From NCBI RefSeq assembly GCF_018350175.1, contig NC_058368.1, positions 66,032,001 through 66,096,000 of the forward strand: a stretch of DNA of 64,000 nucleotides, read 5' to 3'. Origin of the DNA: Felis catus (Eukaryota). The notes under the pieces were generated by a model. That model ran no database searches. It was given only the letters and a program-made list of their open reading frames with translations, and was not told the DNA's origin. Below, piece by piece: positions 1-13,520 of this stretch (position 1 is its first letter; every line of letters starts with the position of its first letter). Made by a program: the position numbers and the translations under genes.

Positions 1-512
1 CTGATGCATAGGGGCACTTGTACCCCAATGTTTATAGCAGCACTCTCAACAATAGCCAAATTATGGAAAGAGCCCAAATGTCCATCAACTGATGAATAGA
101 TAAAGAAATTGTGGTTTATATACACAATAGAATACTACTTGGCAATGAGAAAGAATGAAATATGGCCTTTTGTAGCAACTTGGATGGAACTGGAGAGTGT
201 TATGCTAAGTGAAATAAGTCAGGCAGAGAAAGACAGATACCATATGTTTTCACTCTTATGTGGAATTTGAGAAACTTAACAGAAGACCATAGGGGAGGGG
301 AAGGAAAAAAAAAGTTAGAGAGGGAGGGAGCCAAACCATAAGAGACTCTTAAAAACTGAGAATAAACTGAGGGTTGATGGGGTGGGGGGCGGGGGTGGGA
401 GGGAGGGGAGGGTGGGTGATGGGCATTGAGGAAGGCACCTGTTGGGAGGAGCACTGGGTGTTGTATGGAAACCAATTTGACAATAAATTTCATTAAAATA
501 TAATAAATAAAG
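1..512 (+). mobile_element. L1 (felid/carnivore) ORF2 end and 3'UTR, continues beyond window start
   Basis: Typical L1 3' sequence (atgtttatagcagcac...tggatggaactggag), G-rich tract 379-416, A-rich tail; homologous to 28976-29520. Confidence 0.92.
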
Positions 513-959
513 GCTTTTCCAGTTGTATATCAACAAGCTTTTCCCTCCTTTTGAATTCCAAGCATGTTAAATTCTACTCACACTCGACTTATAGGAAGAT
601 CCATGAAATACCTTTATGTAGTTCTACAGTAGTAGGTAGGTTTTAGGGAATATTTCCAAGGTTCTAACATAACTGTAAAGGAACTATAGGTGTGAGAGCA
701 CTTTTCAACACACAGGAAGTGGTAGAGAAAAAGAAAGGGCCTCTGTCGAAGTGTGCTCTCGAGTTCTGTCAAGTGAAATTGCTTCAATAAATCAACATAC
801 ACACATCACTTATAGAATAACGGATGCCTGGGTGTGTTTAATGATGTCACATCACTCTTTATCAATATTAAACTTTAGAATTTATATATGTTTTAATTTC
901 ATAAATCTGAAGTTTAAAAAAAATATTTTCCCTGTACGTACGTCCTGGAGTGAGATTTG

Positions 960-1175
960 CATATTTGCATATAGTATACAGTGAACATAACATATATAAC
1001 ATATATAATCATATTTATATAGTATATATAGACACATATCTAGTATTTTTATACATGTATTCCACCTTATATACATATGTAGTTCACATAATTTATAGTA
1101 TGTAGTATATATTTCAATTTATATGTAAATATATTTGGTTTATTTATATGTGTATGTATATCTATGCATGTGTTA
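960..1175. repeat. AT-rich degenerate (TA)n low-complexity tract
   Basis: Alternating TA/CA/TG-rich sequence. Confidence 0.7.
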
Positions 1176-3557
1176 TAAGTTTTAGCTTTTTACAGATCCT
1201 GTATTAAATCAACAAATTTCATTTCATAAGTTCCAGTTTGATATAGCATGTATTTGTTGAAGATTAATGTTAATTATTAAAACTAGAATCTGCTATGCAA
1301 ACTTATAAGGTGTGAAAGAACATGTATTTTCAGTGAAATAGAAGGGTACAGCTTGTTCCTTCACATAAAAGTATAGCTCTCCTGATTAGATGAATTTAAT
1401 TGTCCTTTTTTTCTCAGGCAGTGCCTTTCGGTATAATTCTTTTCTCAAGCTTTGTTGAGATGTAATTTCCAAATAAAATTGCACATATTCAAAGTGTATA
1501 ACATGAGGATTTGAAATACATTTTATATAATTGTACAAATAATTCTACATAATATGTTGCCTTTGGTGTGGTCCCCATCAAAGCAATTAGGGAAGTTTGT
1601 CTGATATCCTAACAGAGAATATTTTCCTTGCTTTTATTTTTAACCTGTAGTTGCACTCAAGGTTAATTCAAAGTATCAAGAAGGTGTGACTGTGACAAGA
1701 TGTAGTGATGACAGGGGCAAATTAATGCAAGATCAGTGGCCTGGATATCGGTTCCTACCATGGGATCGTCGTCGTGAAATGAAGTCATTTTTTAATTAGA
1801 CTTTTCGTTGTAATAATAAATGTTTCTGAGACTAGACTGTCCTTAGCTTTGATGTTGGCATTTCCATTATCACTTATGAACTAAAAAGGACAGTGAGTAT
1901 AGGAAATTTAGAGAAATGACAAACTCATAATAGACTCTAGGAAAATCGTATGTGTTAAGCTTCTTTTCCTTTGTAAGAAATGCACATAGTTTGTCTGTGG
2001 ACTCATCAGCTCTCAGAACTCGTTGGTGAATATAAAATGTCTAGTCCGTCATTCTACAGCATTCTCATGAAGATTATCCCATCTGATTTCTTCCTTATGG
2101 AAACAATTTAGTGAAGTTAACCTTGGTTTTGGAGCAAGTTCAGTAAGATCTTGGAGCTCAGAAATGGTATTATGTTAGATTCCTCCCTTTCTTACCGGTG
2201 GTTTTAAAATGCTGAGTTTGAGAGCCAATAATGAAACTGCTCACCTGCACTATGGCACACGAGAAGATAATACATCTCTGTATAAGCTACTTTTGCTTAT
2301 GCAATGGATGTGTTTGGATCTGAGTCTTTATTACAAATCTGTTTTTTCAAGAATACCAAAAAACTAACAATAACAAAAAATTCCAATTCATGGGAATTCT
2401 TACTTTTTTTTCAAAATAATTTGTTTTTACTCAAATATAAAAATAGACATGTGTCTCTACTGAAATTTCTGGTTTCAATTTGCTTTGCTCCTCAACATTA
2501 CCGCTGTAGTGCTACGAAGGTTCAGTTGGATAGATATTTTTAAGATAATTTACACTGTTTAGTTTAAATCCAATGTAGCTATTGCTTGATTAGTTACATG
2601 AGGTTGACAAAATCCCAGCACTTTTAAAGAATATCCTCTACATAGGAATACTTATTTTATTCTAAATATTGAGTAAATTTTGGTGGATAAACCCCTTTAT
2701 GTGGTGTTCCCCCAACATAAAATGTACGTTGTTTCTTCATTTTATTTAACAGGTCACAGCAGCCTGGTACAGTGAAGACAAAATGCTTGTATTTAGAAGG
2801 TATAGAAAAAATAAAGAAGGCTTTTATTTTAAAATTTTTCTCAGGAGAGATTCTTTTTTCAAATTAACAAAAATAAATTGTAATTTCTCAAAGAATAACT
2901 TCAAAATCATATTCCTGTTTTCTTCTTTGAAAATTAAAAGTTTTCATTTAAGTAAGTGCATGAACATAATCTAGGCTTTAGGTTAACTCTTTATATTCCT
3001 GGTGAAGTTTAGGCCAATGTGATAACCTCTTACTCTGGGAATTTAATTGCATGTACAGGAATATTTTACTTAAAAAAACTACACTATTGCCTCATAAATT
3101 GGTTTTATCTTGACTAGTTACTTTAATATTTCTGAGGATTGTTAGTCCTTTCGAAATTATGGCACTGTGCATCAATGATGGAGCACATTTTTGTTCTAGC
3201 CCTGATAATCCAGTTTCCATATTTCCCCCCACAAAACAGGTTAAGAATCACTGCTAATCCTAAAAAAGAGGCTTTGATTCTGTTTTACTTAATTCCTTAG
3301 AGCTAGAGAGGTGGGAAGCGGTATATGCCAATCAGTAACCATTCACAGCCCCCCAAAGAAGCACAAGCGGTCAGGTTAAAGCATTACAGCAATGACCAGA
3401 TACTAGTTCGGGAAGGAGGACTCTAATCATGTCTGTTGCCGGCCTTTAAATTTGAGGAAGCAAATTTTTCTCATTTATAGAGGTGTGATTTTGTTTTCCC
3501 AATCTGCACTTCATTTATAGTTTTAGACAATACCCAGTACTATTTTAAAATGAACAC

Positions 3558-3700
3558 GTTCATTCATTCATTCACTCCTTTAACAAATACTCATCAAACA
3601 TCTACTAGGGGTCAATTTATATACTATATGCTGAGAATTTAACAAGAGAGAAGACAGACATGAACTACACTCAGACAAAACTTCCATGTTAGTGGTTCTG
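3558..3700 (-). mobile_element. L2 3'-end fragment
   Basis: (ttca)n tail followed by aacaaatactcatcaaacatctact, L2 3' terminus pattern. Confidence 0.6.
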
Positions 3701-4135
3701 TAATAGGTCTCATTTTGCAATAGATAAATAACATGCAGGACTTTCAGTGAAAACACATATTGAATACCTTTTCTGGCCTGATTCTACTTCCTTGGAACAT
3801 GTTTGATATAAATGTTGACTTCTTAATTTTGGAAGTGTTACAAAGACACACAAAGCCCTTCCTTGTATGGCTGCTGCTGATCCCTTTTTCTATCTCTCTC
3901 ACCCGGCCCTTTCCACGCTGCACCCCATGCTCAAGCTGTTCTTAATTGCATGCAATTCCCATTAAGTTCATTGCCTCAGCTCCTCTGATCCTTTTCATAC
4001 ATTAAGTATGATTAACCTGGAAGTTGTTAAAATTTGTTTTTAATTGTTCTAGGCACCAGTGAACAAACAGGAGTGTGCTCTTGGAGCTTTGTGTTCAGTG
4101 ATGACAGAAATTTATCAAATAGTCATACACATACA

Positions 4136-4375
4136 CAGTAAAACCTTGGATTATGTGTAACTTGTTCTGCGACTGTTCCACAAGACAGGCAAGCATTTGT
4201 AATAAACTTTAACTTGATAAACAAGCGATGTCTTACAATATGCGGAGTACCTGATGCTGAATGTCACGTGATCAAAACTGAGCCTATGGTTCTTGAAATT
4301 TGCTTTGATAAACAAGTGCTTTGGATTATAAGCGTGTTTCCAGATGAATTACGCTCACAAACCAAGGTTTTACTG
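4136..4375. mobile_element. Tigger/TcMar-type non-autonomous DNA transposon (MITE, 240 bp)
   Basis: Perfect 14-bp terminal inverted repeats cagtaaaaccttgg (4136-4149) / ccaaggttttactg (4362-4375). Confidence 0.85.
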
Positions 4376-4662
4376 TTATAGTTTCTCAACTGTAAAAGAA
4401 TAACTGCAGTTTTAAATTAGAAATATTTTCCACCAACTTCATGGTTATATTTCCTGAATATTTTCCACAGACCCCATAAAAGTTAACTTGATAGAAGCTA
4501 CTGGAGATATGAGCTAGACAGACTAGTATATGTCTGTACTATAATCCTTTCCAGAAAAGATGGGTGAAAAACAAATAGCCACGAGTTGGTTTTATCGTGT
4601 TGAAAAAGCCTAAGAAAAGTTAGATTTTTTTCAGGACAAAATTTAAGAATAATTTTGCTTTT

Positions 4663-4885
4663 GGGGCACCTGGGTGGCGCAGTCGGTTAAGCGTCCGACT
4701 TCAGCCAGGTCATGATCTCGCGGTCCGTGAGTTCGAGCCCCGTGTAGGGCTCTGGGCTGATGGCTCAGAGCCTGGAGCCTGTTTCCGATTCTGTGTCTCC
4801 CTCTCTCTTTGCCCCTCCCCCGTTCATGCTCTGTCTCTCTCTGTCCCAAAAATAAATAAACGTTGAAAAAAAAATTTGTTTTTAA
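4663..4885 (+). mobile_element. CAN-SINE (SINEC_Fc-like), young
   Basis: ggggcacctgggtggcgcagtcggttaagcg head, (CT)n, A/T tail; perfect 18-bp TSD aagaataattttgctttt (4645-4662, 4886-4903). Confidence 0.96.
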
Positions 4886-4986
4886 AAGAATAATTTTGCT
4901 TTTATAAATTTCAAGCTAATAATTTTGATCAGTACATTGGAACTATCACTTGTGACTTCTTTGTAATTATTTCCTTGCACAATTCT

Positions 4987-5185
4987 TTTGTTGTTGTTTT
5001 TTTGTTAATGTTTATTTTTGAGCAGGGAAGGGGCAGACAGAGAGAGGGAGACACAGACTCTGAGACTGGCTCCAGGCTCTGAGCTGTGAACTCAGAGGCT
5101 GACGGGGGGCTTGAACCCTTGAACCAAGAGATTATGACCTGAGCTGAAGTTGGACACTTAACCAACTGCGCCACCCAGGCACCCC
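4987..5185 (-). mobile_element. CAN-SINE
   Basis: Reverse-complement SINE ending ccacccaggcacccc; degenerate TSD tccttgcacaattct/tccttgtattattct. Confidence 0.92.
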
Positions 5186-8100
5186 TCCTTGTATTATTCT
5201 TATTTGAAATCTGATATCTTTCCCCAACCACTTTGAAGATTCAGTCCACACTGAATGAGTTTATACAATCACTATTATACCATTCCAAGCATTTTAAGGG
5301 AAATTGTAGTGGTTATATAATTAAACTCAAAGTACAAACACTACAGAAAACAGACTGAGGTTGGATTATGAATGCTGGCTCCATTGGGAATAGCTTCTGA
5401 TCATTTCAGCTGCTCATTGTGTGGATATTTATTCTGTGTAAAAAAAATCAACAAAAATAAAAATAAACAAACAAACAAAATTACTCCTTTTTGCCACACA
5501 CTGCCCTTGAGATGATCAGACTTAGTTTCACTAAAATTATTCCAGTGGTTGTAGTGACCCACCTTTCCAAGGAAACCCAAGTGACATTCCCTCAGGGAGA
5601 TTTGGAATCCTTAGATGTGTAGACCCGTAAAAATATTTTTCTCAATGGTTAGTGCTTTGTTGTCTCCCCTCACCTTTATTTTTTCAAAACTGCACACTTG
5701 TCCCCTGATTACCTAAGCATAACTCCAGCCCGCAGTAAGAGGCCAGTGTTATACACAAAATGATGTTTCAGAATTCTGTGGAGTTCATGCAATCTGGTCT
5801 CAGGGAGCAATTTTTTAAAATAATTTTTAAATTCTTTTTAATACCAGTATAATTAACATAGAGTGTTATGCTAGTTTCAGATGTACAATATGGTACAAAA
5901 GCAATTTTATGCATTACTCAGTGATCATCATCCTAACTGTACTCTTAATCCCCATCACCTATTTCACCCATCCTCCCACCCACCTCTCCTCTGGTAACTA
6001 TCTGTTCTCTATCGTTAAGAGTTACCTTTTTCCTTTCTCTCTTTTATTCCCTTTGCTGTTTGTTTTGTTTCTTAAGTTCTACAAATGAGTGAAATAATAT
6101 GGTATTTGTCTATCTCTGACTTATTTGACCTAGGTGTACACCCTCTAGCTCCATCATGTTGTTGCAAATAGCAAGATTTCATTTTTTTGGCTGAATAATA
6201 TTCCAGTGGATATATCCCACATCTATTGATGGATGCTTGGATTTCTTCCATAATTTGACTATTGTAAATAATGTTGCAATGAACACAGTGGTGCCTATAT
6301 CTTTCTGAATTGGTTTTTTCACGTTCTTTGGGCAAATACCCAGTAATGGAATTACTGGATCATATGGTAATCCTGTTTTTAACTTTTTTGATGAACTGCC
6401 ATATTGCTTTCCACAATGGCTGCACCATTTTACATTCCCACAAAATAGGGTTCATTTTCTCCACATCTTTGCCAATATTTGTTTCTTGTGTTTTTGATTT
6501 TAAGCACTCTGACAGATATGAGATGATATCTCATCCAAGTTTTGATTTGCTATTTCTCATGATTAGTGATGTTGAGCATCTTTTCATTTGTCTGTTACCC
6601 ATCTGTGTGTCTTCTTTGGAAAATGTCTATTCAGATCCTCTACCATTTTTTAATCAGATTGTTTGATTTTTGTGTTTTTTCGTTTTTGTTTTTGTTTTTT
6701 TGGTGTTGAGTTGTATAAGTTCTCTATGTATGTTGGATATTAACCTCTTATTGGATATGTCTTTTCCAAATATATTCTCCCTTTCAGTAGGCTGTCTTTT
6801 TGTTTTCCTGATGGTTTCCTCTACTGTGCAAAAAGTGTTTTATTTTGGTGTAGTCCCAATAGTTTCATTTGGCATTTATTTCCCTTGCTTCAGGAGACAT
6901 ATCGAAAAATGCTGCTGTGGCTGACGCCAGAGAGATTACTGCCTGCATCCTTTTCTCAGATTTTTATGGTTTTAGGCCTCACATTTAGGTCTTTAATACA
7001 CTTTGGACTTATTTTTGTGTATGGTGTAAGAAAATGGCCCAGTTTCCTTCCTTTACATGTTGCTGTCCAGTTTTCCCAACACCATTTGTTGACGACACTT
7101 TCTTTTTCCCATTACATATTCTTGCCTTCTTTGTCACAGATTAATTGACCATATAACTGTGGGTTTATTTCTGAGTTTTTTTCCATTCCATGGATCTATG
7201 TGTCTGTTTTGTGCTAGTATAATACTGTTTTGATTACTATAACTTTGTAGTGTATCTTGAAGTCTGGGATTGTGATATCTCTAGTTTTCTTTCTCTTTTT
7301 CAAGATTGCTTTGGCTATTTAGGATCTTCTGTGGTTCCATACAAATTTTAGGATTATTTGTTATAGTTCTGTGAAAAATTATGTTGGTATTTTGATAGGA
7401 ATCTCATGAAATCTGTAGTGTGGACATTTGGGTAGTATGGACATTTTTAACAATGTTTATTTTCCCAGTCCTTGCATCATCTTCAATTTCTTTCATCAGT
7501 ATTTTATAGTTTTCAGAGTACAAGTTTTTCAGCTCCCTGCTTAGGTTTATTCCTATTTTATAATTTTTGGTGCAATTGTAAATGGCATGTTTTTTTTCCT
7601 AAGTTTCTCTTTCTGCTGCTTCATTATTAATGTTTAGAAATGCAACAGATTTCTGTATATTGATTTTGTATCATGTGACTCCTGAATTTACTTATCAGTT
7701 CTAGTAGTTTTTTGGTGGAGTTTTTAAGGTTTTCTATGTATAGTATCGTGTCTTCTGAAAATAGCAAAAGTTTTACTTCTTCCTTACCAATCTGGATGCC
7801 TTTTATTTCCTTTTCTTGTCTGAATGCTATGGCTAGGACTTGTAATACATTATTGACTAAAAGTGGTGAGAGTGAACTTCCTTATCTTGTTCCTGATTTA
7901 GGGGGCAAGCTCTCTGTTTTTCATCCTTGGGTATGGTACTAACTATGGATATATGGCCTTTATTATGTTGAGGAATATTCACTCTAAATGTACTCTGTTG
8001 AGGGTTTTTATCACGAATGGATATTGTACTTTGTCGAATGCTTTTTTGCATCTATCGAAATGATCATATGGTTTTTATCCTTTCTCTTGTTGATGGAACG

Positions 8101-8801
8101 TAGTATGCTGATTGATTTGGGAATATTGAACCACCTTTGCATCCCAGGAATAAATCCTACCTGATCCTGGTGAAAGATTTTTTAAATGTATTATTGGAAT
8201 AAGTTTGCTAATAGTTTGTTGAAGATTTTTGCATCTATGTTCATCAGAGATATTGGCCTGTAGTTCTCTTTTTTAATAGTGTCTTTATCTGCTTTTGATA
8301 TCAGAGTAATGCTGGCCTCACAGAATGAATTTGGAAGCTTTCCTTCCTCTTTTATTTTTAGAATAGTTTGGAAAGGATAGATATTAACTTTTCTTCAAAC
8401 ATTTGTTAGAACTCCCTTCTGAAGCCATCTGGTACTGGACTTTTGTTTCTTGGGAGTTTTTTGGTTACTGATTCAATTTCATTGATGGTAATTGATCTGT
8501 TCAAATTTTTCTATTTCTCCCTGCTTTAGTTTTGGGAGGTTATATGTTCCTAGGAATTTATCCATTTCTTCTAGGTTGTCCAATTTGTTGTCGTAAAACG
8601 TTTCATAATATTCTCTTATAAACCTTTCTGTTTCTGTAATGTTGGTTGTTATTTCTACTCTTTCATTTCTGATTTTCTTTATTTGAGTCTTTTTTATATG
8701 AGTCTGGCTAAAGGCTTATCAATTTTGTTGATCTTTTCAGAGAACCAGATCCTGATTTCATTGATCTGTTCTTTTGTGGGTTTTTTGGTTTTTGTTTTTT
8801 G

Positions 8802-8832
<31 letters not shown>

Positions 8833-8836
8833 TGCG
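8802..8836. repeat. (TG)n/(CG) microsatellite within L1
   Basis: gtgtgtgt...gtgcgcgtgcg. Confidence 0.9.
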
Positions 8837-11061
8837 TTTATTATTTCATTTTATTTCTGATCTAATCTTTATTATTTCCTTCCTTTTACTGGTTTGAGGT
8901 TTTGTTAGTTGCCTACCTTTTCTACTTCCCTTAGGTTTAAGGTTAGGTTGTTTATTTGAGATTTTTCTTGCTTCTTGATGTAGACCTATATTGCTATAAA
9001 CTTCCTACTTAGAATAGCTTTTGTTGTATCCCAAAGATTTTGGACACTTGTGTTTCTATTTTCATTTCTTTCCATGTATTTTTAAATTTCCTCTTTGATT
9101 TTTTGATTGACCCAATCATTGTTTAGTAGCATGTTCTTTAACTTCTATGCATTTATGTTCTTTCCAGATTTTTTCTTGTGGTTGATTTCTAGTTTCATGT
9201 ATTGTGGTCAGAAATGATACATGATATGACTTAAATATTTTTGAATTTGTTGAGACTTGCTCTGTGGCCTACCATGTGATCTCTTCTAGAGAATGTTCCA
9301 TGTGCACTTGAAAAGAATGTGTATTCCATTGGTTTAGGATGGAATGTTCTGAATATATCTGTTAGACCCATCTGGTCCAATGTGTCATTGAAAACCACTG
9401 TTTCCTTGTTGATTTTCAGTTTGGATGACCTATCCATTGATGTAAGTGCAGTGTTAAAGCTCCCTACTATTGCAGTGTTACTATCAGTTACTTCCTTTAC
9501 ATTTGTTAATAGCTATTTTATTTATTTGGGTGCCTTCATGTTGGGTGCCAAAATATTTACAATCGTTATATTTTATTGTTGGCTTTTCAATCCAATGATA
9601 AAATATAACAATGTAACAGTCCAAAAATATAATGTATTATAATATAATGTAATCCAACAATATAATACAGCATATAAAATTTTATGCACCTTTATGATTA
9701 CGTAGTGTCCTTCTTTGTCTCCTTTTAAAGGCTGTGTTTTAAAGTCCTTTGTCTGATGTCAGTATTGCTATCCCAACTTTCATTTCACTCCCATTCACAT
9801 AAATGTTTTTCCACCTTCACTTTCAGTCTTTTTCCTTCACTTTCAGTCTTCACTTTTAGTTCTGAAATGACTCTCTTGTGGGCAGCATATAGATGGGGCT
9901 TGTGTTTTTATCCATTCAGTCACTCTGTCTTTTGATTGGAGCATTCAGTCCATTTTCATTTAAAGTAAGTACTGATTGGTATATATACTTATTGCCATTT
10001 TTTTACTTGTTTTATGTTTGGTTTTTTGTAGTTCTTTTCTTTTCCTTTCTTCTCTTGCTGTCTTCTCATAGTTTTATGGTTTTCTTTAGAGATATGCTTG
10101 ATTCTTTCTCTTTATTTTTTACATATCTATTAGTATTTTTTGTGTGTGTAGTTACCATTAGGTTTATATATAACATCTTATGCATTTAGCAGTCTATATT
10201 AAGTTGGTGGTTACTTAATTATGAACCCATTCTAAAAGCACTAAATTTTTACCATCCTCCCCTTTTAGGTATATGGTGTCCTACTTTATGTCCTTTTATT
10301 TTGTGAATCCCTTGACTGGTTTTTATAGACATACTTGATTTTACTGCTTTTGTGCTTTCGACTTTTCTTACTCCTGCTTCTCGTCTTTTCTTTCTACTCA
10401 AAGAATCACCACTAATATTTCCTGTAAGATTGGTTTTGTGGTGATGAACTCTTTTAAGTTTTGTTTTTCTGGGAAACTATGTCTGTCTATTCTGAATGAT
10501 AGCCCTGCTGGATAGAGTATTCTTAGCTGTAGGTTTTTTTTTTTTTCTTTTAGCACTTTGAATTTCTGGCCTACAAGATTTCTGCTGAAAAATCAACAGA
10601 TTGTCTTATGGGGTTTCCCTTGTATGTCATAGTTTTCTTTTCTCTTGCTTATTTTACAATTCTACCTTTATCACTACTTTTTACCATTTTAATTACTATG
10701 CATCTTGGTGCAGACCTCCTTGGGGTGATTTTGTTAGTGATTCTCTGCCTCCTGGATCTGGATTTCTGTTTCCTGCCCCACATTCAAGACATTTTCAGCT
10801 ATTATTTCTTTGCATAAATTTTCTGCCCCCTTTTCTGTCTCTTCTTCTGAGATCCCTATAATGCAAATGTTGTTGTGCTTAATGGTATCACTGAGTTCCC
10901 TGAATCCATTCTCATTTTTTTATTATTATTCTTTTTCTTTCTTCTACTCAGCTTGATTGCTTTCCATTACTCTGTCTCCCAGGTCACTGATCTATTCTTG
11001 TGCTTCCTGTAATCTACTATTTTTTCCCTTTAGTGTATTTTTAACTTCTGGTATAATTTTT

Positions 11062-11087
11062 TTAAGTTTATTTATTTTAAAAGAGGA

Positions 11088-11149
<62 letters not shown>

Positions 11150-11264
11150 CAAGTAGGCTCCCCACTGTCAGTGTAGAGCTTGGTTCACTCATGAACCATG
11201 TGATCATGACTTGAGCCTAAATTAAGAGGCAGATTCTTAACTGATTGAGCCACTCAGGCACCTC
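11062..11264 (-). mobile_element. CAN-SINE with long (GA)n, nested in L1 ORF1
   Basis: Reverse SINE ending gagccactcaggcacctc; degenerate TSD tctggtataattttt/tctagttttaattttt. Confidence 0.88.
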
Positions 11265-13009
11265 TCTAGTTTTAATTTTTAATTAATATTGAGTTCATTG
11301 TCTCTGCTTGGTTCTACTTTATATTTCCTATATCTTTGTTGAGGGTCTCACTGAGATCCTCCACTCTTTTTTCAAGTCCAATGAGTATCTTTATGACCAT
11401 TATTTTAAATTTTCCATTAGACATATTACTTATCTCTGTTTTGTTTAGCTTTCTTACTGTGGTTTTATCCTGTACTTTCATTTGGGACATATTCCTCTGT
11501 CTCCTCATTTTGTCTAACTCTCAGTATCTGTTTCTATGTGTTAAGAAAGTCAGGTACATTTCCTTCTCTGGAAAGTAGTGGTCTTATGAAGAAGAGGTCC
11601 TATAGTGCCCTGCAGTGCAATGTCCCCTGTTCACCAGAACGTGGCACTTCAAGGGTATCTCCTATGTGTGTTGTATGTACCATACTGTTGTGGCTGAGCC
11701 TCTTTTGCCTTCTGTCCTGTTGTCTGCAATGTTATGGATGGCGTTTGGTCCCTGTGCTGTTAATGAGCCAACCTGGGACCACCTTGGGCTTGAGTTGCAT
11801 CAGACCAGATGTTTGCCAGAGCTACTGTCACACTAAACGCCAAGGCACTCTACCTTTGTTTTCTCCTGAGAGACCTTGGTGGGCAGGGACTGCACTCAGA
11901 CCAGATGTCTGCCTCCATACCATGGCTAGGGCTGCAGTCCTGTGTGTGGTTATCTTCCCCTCTTCCCAGTGCAGGAGTCACTTTGGAGTGGTGCTGGCCA
12001 TTGTCAGGGCTGCTTGCATAATGCCACACTTGTTGCAGGCTTTGGGTGGACTCCTGCCAGAGGCAGGCTAGATGTGGCAGGTCTTCAGGAGAATGCACAG
12101 GTAGGGGTGCTGTTAGCAAAGAAGGTGGAGAGTGTTTGCACTGGTTTCCGCAGGTATTTGTGTATCTTGTGTATCTAGGCTGGGGAGTGGGGGAAGGAAA
12201 TGTGCCCACTAGCTCTTTTGTTCTTGGAGAAATCTCCTGAAGATCCTGACGAAACAATTCAAAATAGAAGATCCTGTATGGATTTCAAAATGTGTCTTTA
12301 TTCTTAGGATCTCACTTATCTTTCCGTAATATTTATTTAGGTAAGATTTTGCAAATTTTTTTCTCACAAAAATAGCATAGATCTAGAAATGGAGTTGTGG
12401 GAATCCTAATTTAGAAAAAAGAAACCTGATTTCTGATCCTGAGGGTGGCCACTATTTTTTGACACTGTCATCTGTGTTTTGGTTAACCTTAGTTTTCCTC
12501 ATCAATAAAACCAAGGGGTTGTATCAGAGGCACGGTATTCAAACTGTGATCATGAGAGACCCAAAGGATCCTAGTGTGGGAACAAAACTAAGTAGCCTTG
12601 TGAGGCATGATCCACGTCCCCTCCCTTCTAATAAATCCAAACTCTCCATTTTTTTTTCTCTTTTAAAATTGTCACTTTTCAGTGACATCTTTTAGCACTG
12701 AGTTTTCCTGATGAACAAATGAATGAATGGACCTATGTTTCTTGATGGCTCTAAAATGCCATAGGGGGCATCCTATTAGACCAGATTTTTGCCCTTCACA
12801 TGAAAGAAGAAGCAGGTATATATTTGATAGTTCATCTGTTAAAAGCAATTGAGTTTTTCTCTTTGATTATGTTATTAGAAAAAATTGGGCTTTCTTCCAA
12901 ACATCTTACCCCACTGGCTAATCACCTACTTTATAAACAATCAGTTCCAAGACAAAATAGTGACTGTGGGGAAAATCTGGGGGCTGTTCAAATCTTGGTG
13001 CCTACTCTT

Positions 13010-13114
13010 TTTTTTTTTTTAATTTTTTTTCAACGTTTATTTATTTTTGGGACAGAGAGAGACAGAGCATGAACGGGCGAGGGGCAGAGAGAGGGAGACA
13101 CAGAATCGGAAACA
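13010..13114 (-). mobile_element. 5'-truncated young CAN-SINE (SINEC_Fc 3' half)
   Basis: Only tail and (CT) region present; perfect 15-bp TSD ttggtgcctactctt (12995-13009, 13115-13129). Confidence 0.93.
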
Positions 13115-13342
13115 TTGGTGCCTACTCTTCAAACCAAAAAAAGGAAAAGTCTTGACCTCTTTTCTTAGCCATTATCACACTAACCTAAGAAGACATATGA
13201 TTCTGAACAAATGTGTGTGCATATTTATGCATATGTATACTTTTCAGGATTTCGAAATAAGAAAAGAGGGGTGATGTCTTTATTCAGAAAAGGAAAGATT
13301 AGCGAATAGAACAGTGAAGAAAGGTGATAATTGAGTTGTATA

Positions 13343-13470
13343 GGGGCGCCTGGGTGACTCACTTGGCTAAGCGTCTTACTTCAGCTCAGGTCATGATCTC
13401 ACAGCTCATGAGTTCGAGCCCCGTGTTGGGCTCTGTGCTGACAGCTCAGAGCCTGGAGCTGGCTTCAAAT

Positions 13471-13520
<50 letters not shown>

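Larger units (their letters stand above)
5810..12250 (-). mobile_element. Near full-length, decayed carnivore L1 (3'UTR, ORF2, ORF1, 5'UTR), antisense to GPC6
   Basis: ORF2 endonuclease remnant (9231-9437 -, MDRSSKLKINKET...DIFRTFHPK...YTFFSSAHGTFSR), ORF1 N-terminal remnant (11314-11508 -), more GC-rich 5'UTR ~11520-12250; many stops and frameshifts. Confidence 0.93.

Noticed and set aside
11538..12257. Longest ORFs in the window (177 aa +, 135 aa -)
   Set aside because: They lie in the GC-richer L1 5'UTR, where stop codons are rarer; no recognisable protein. An ORF0-like product cannot be supported.
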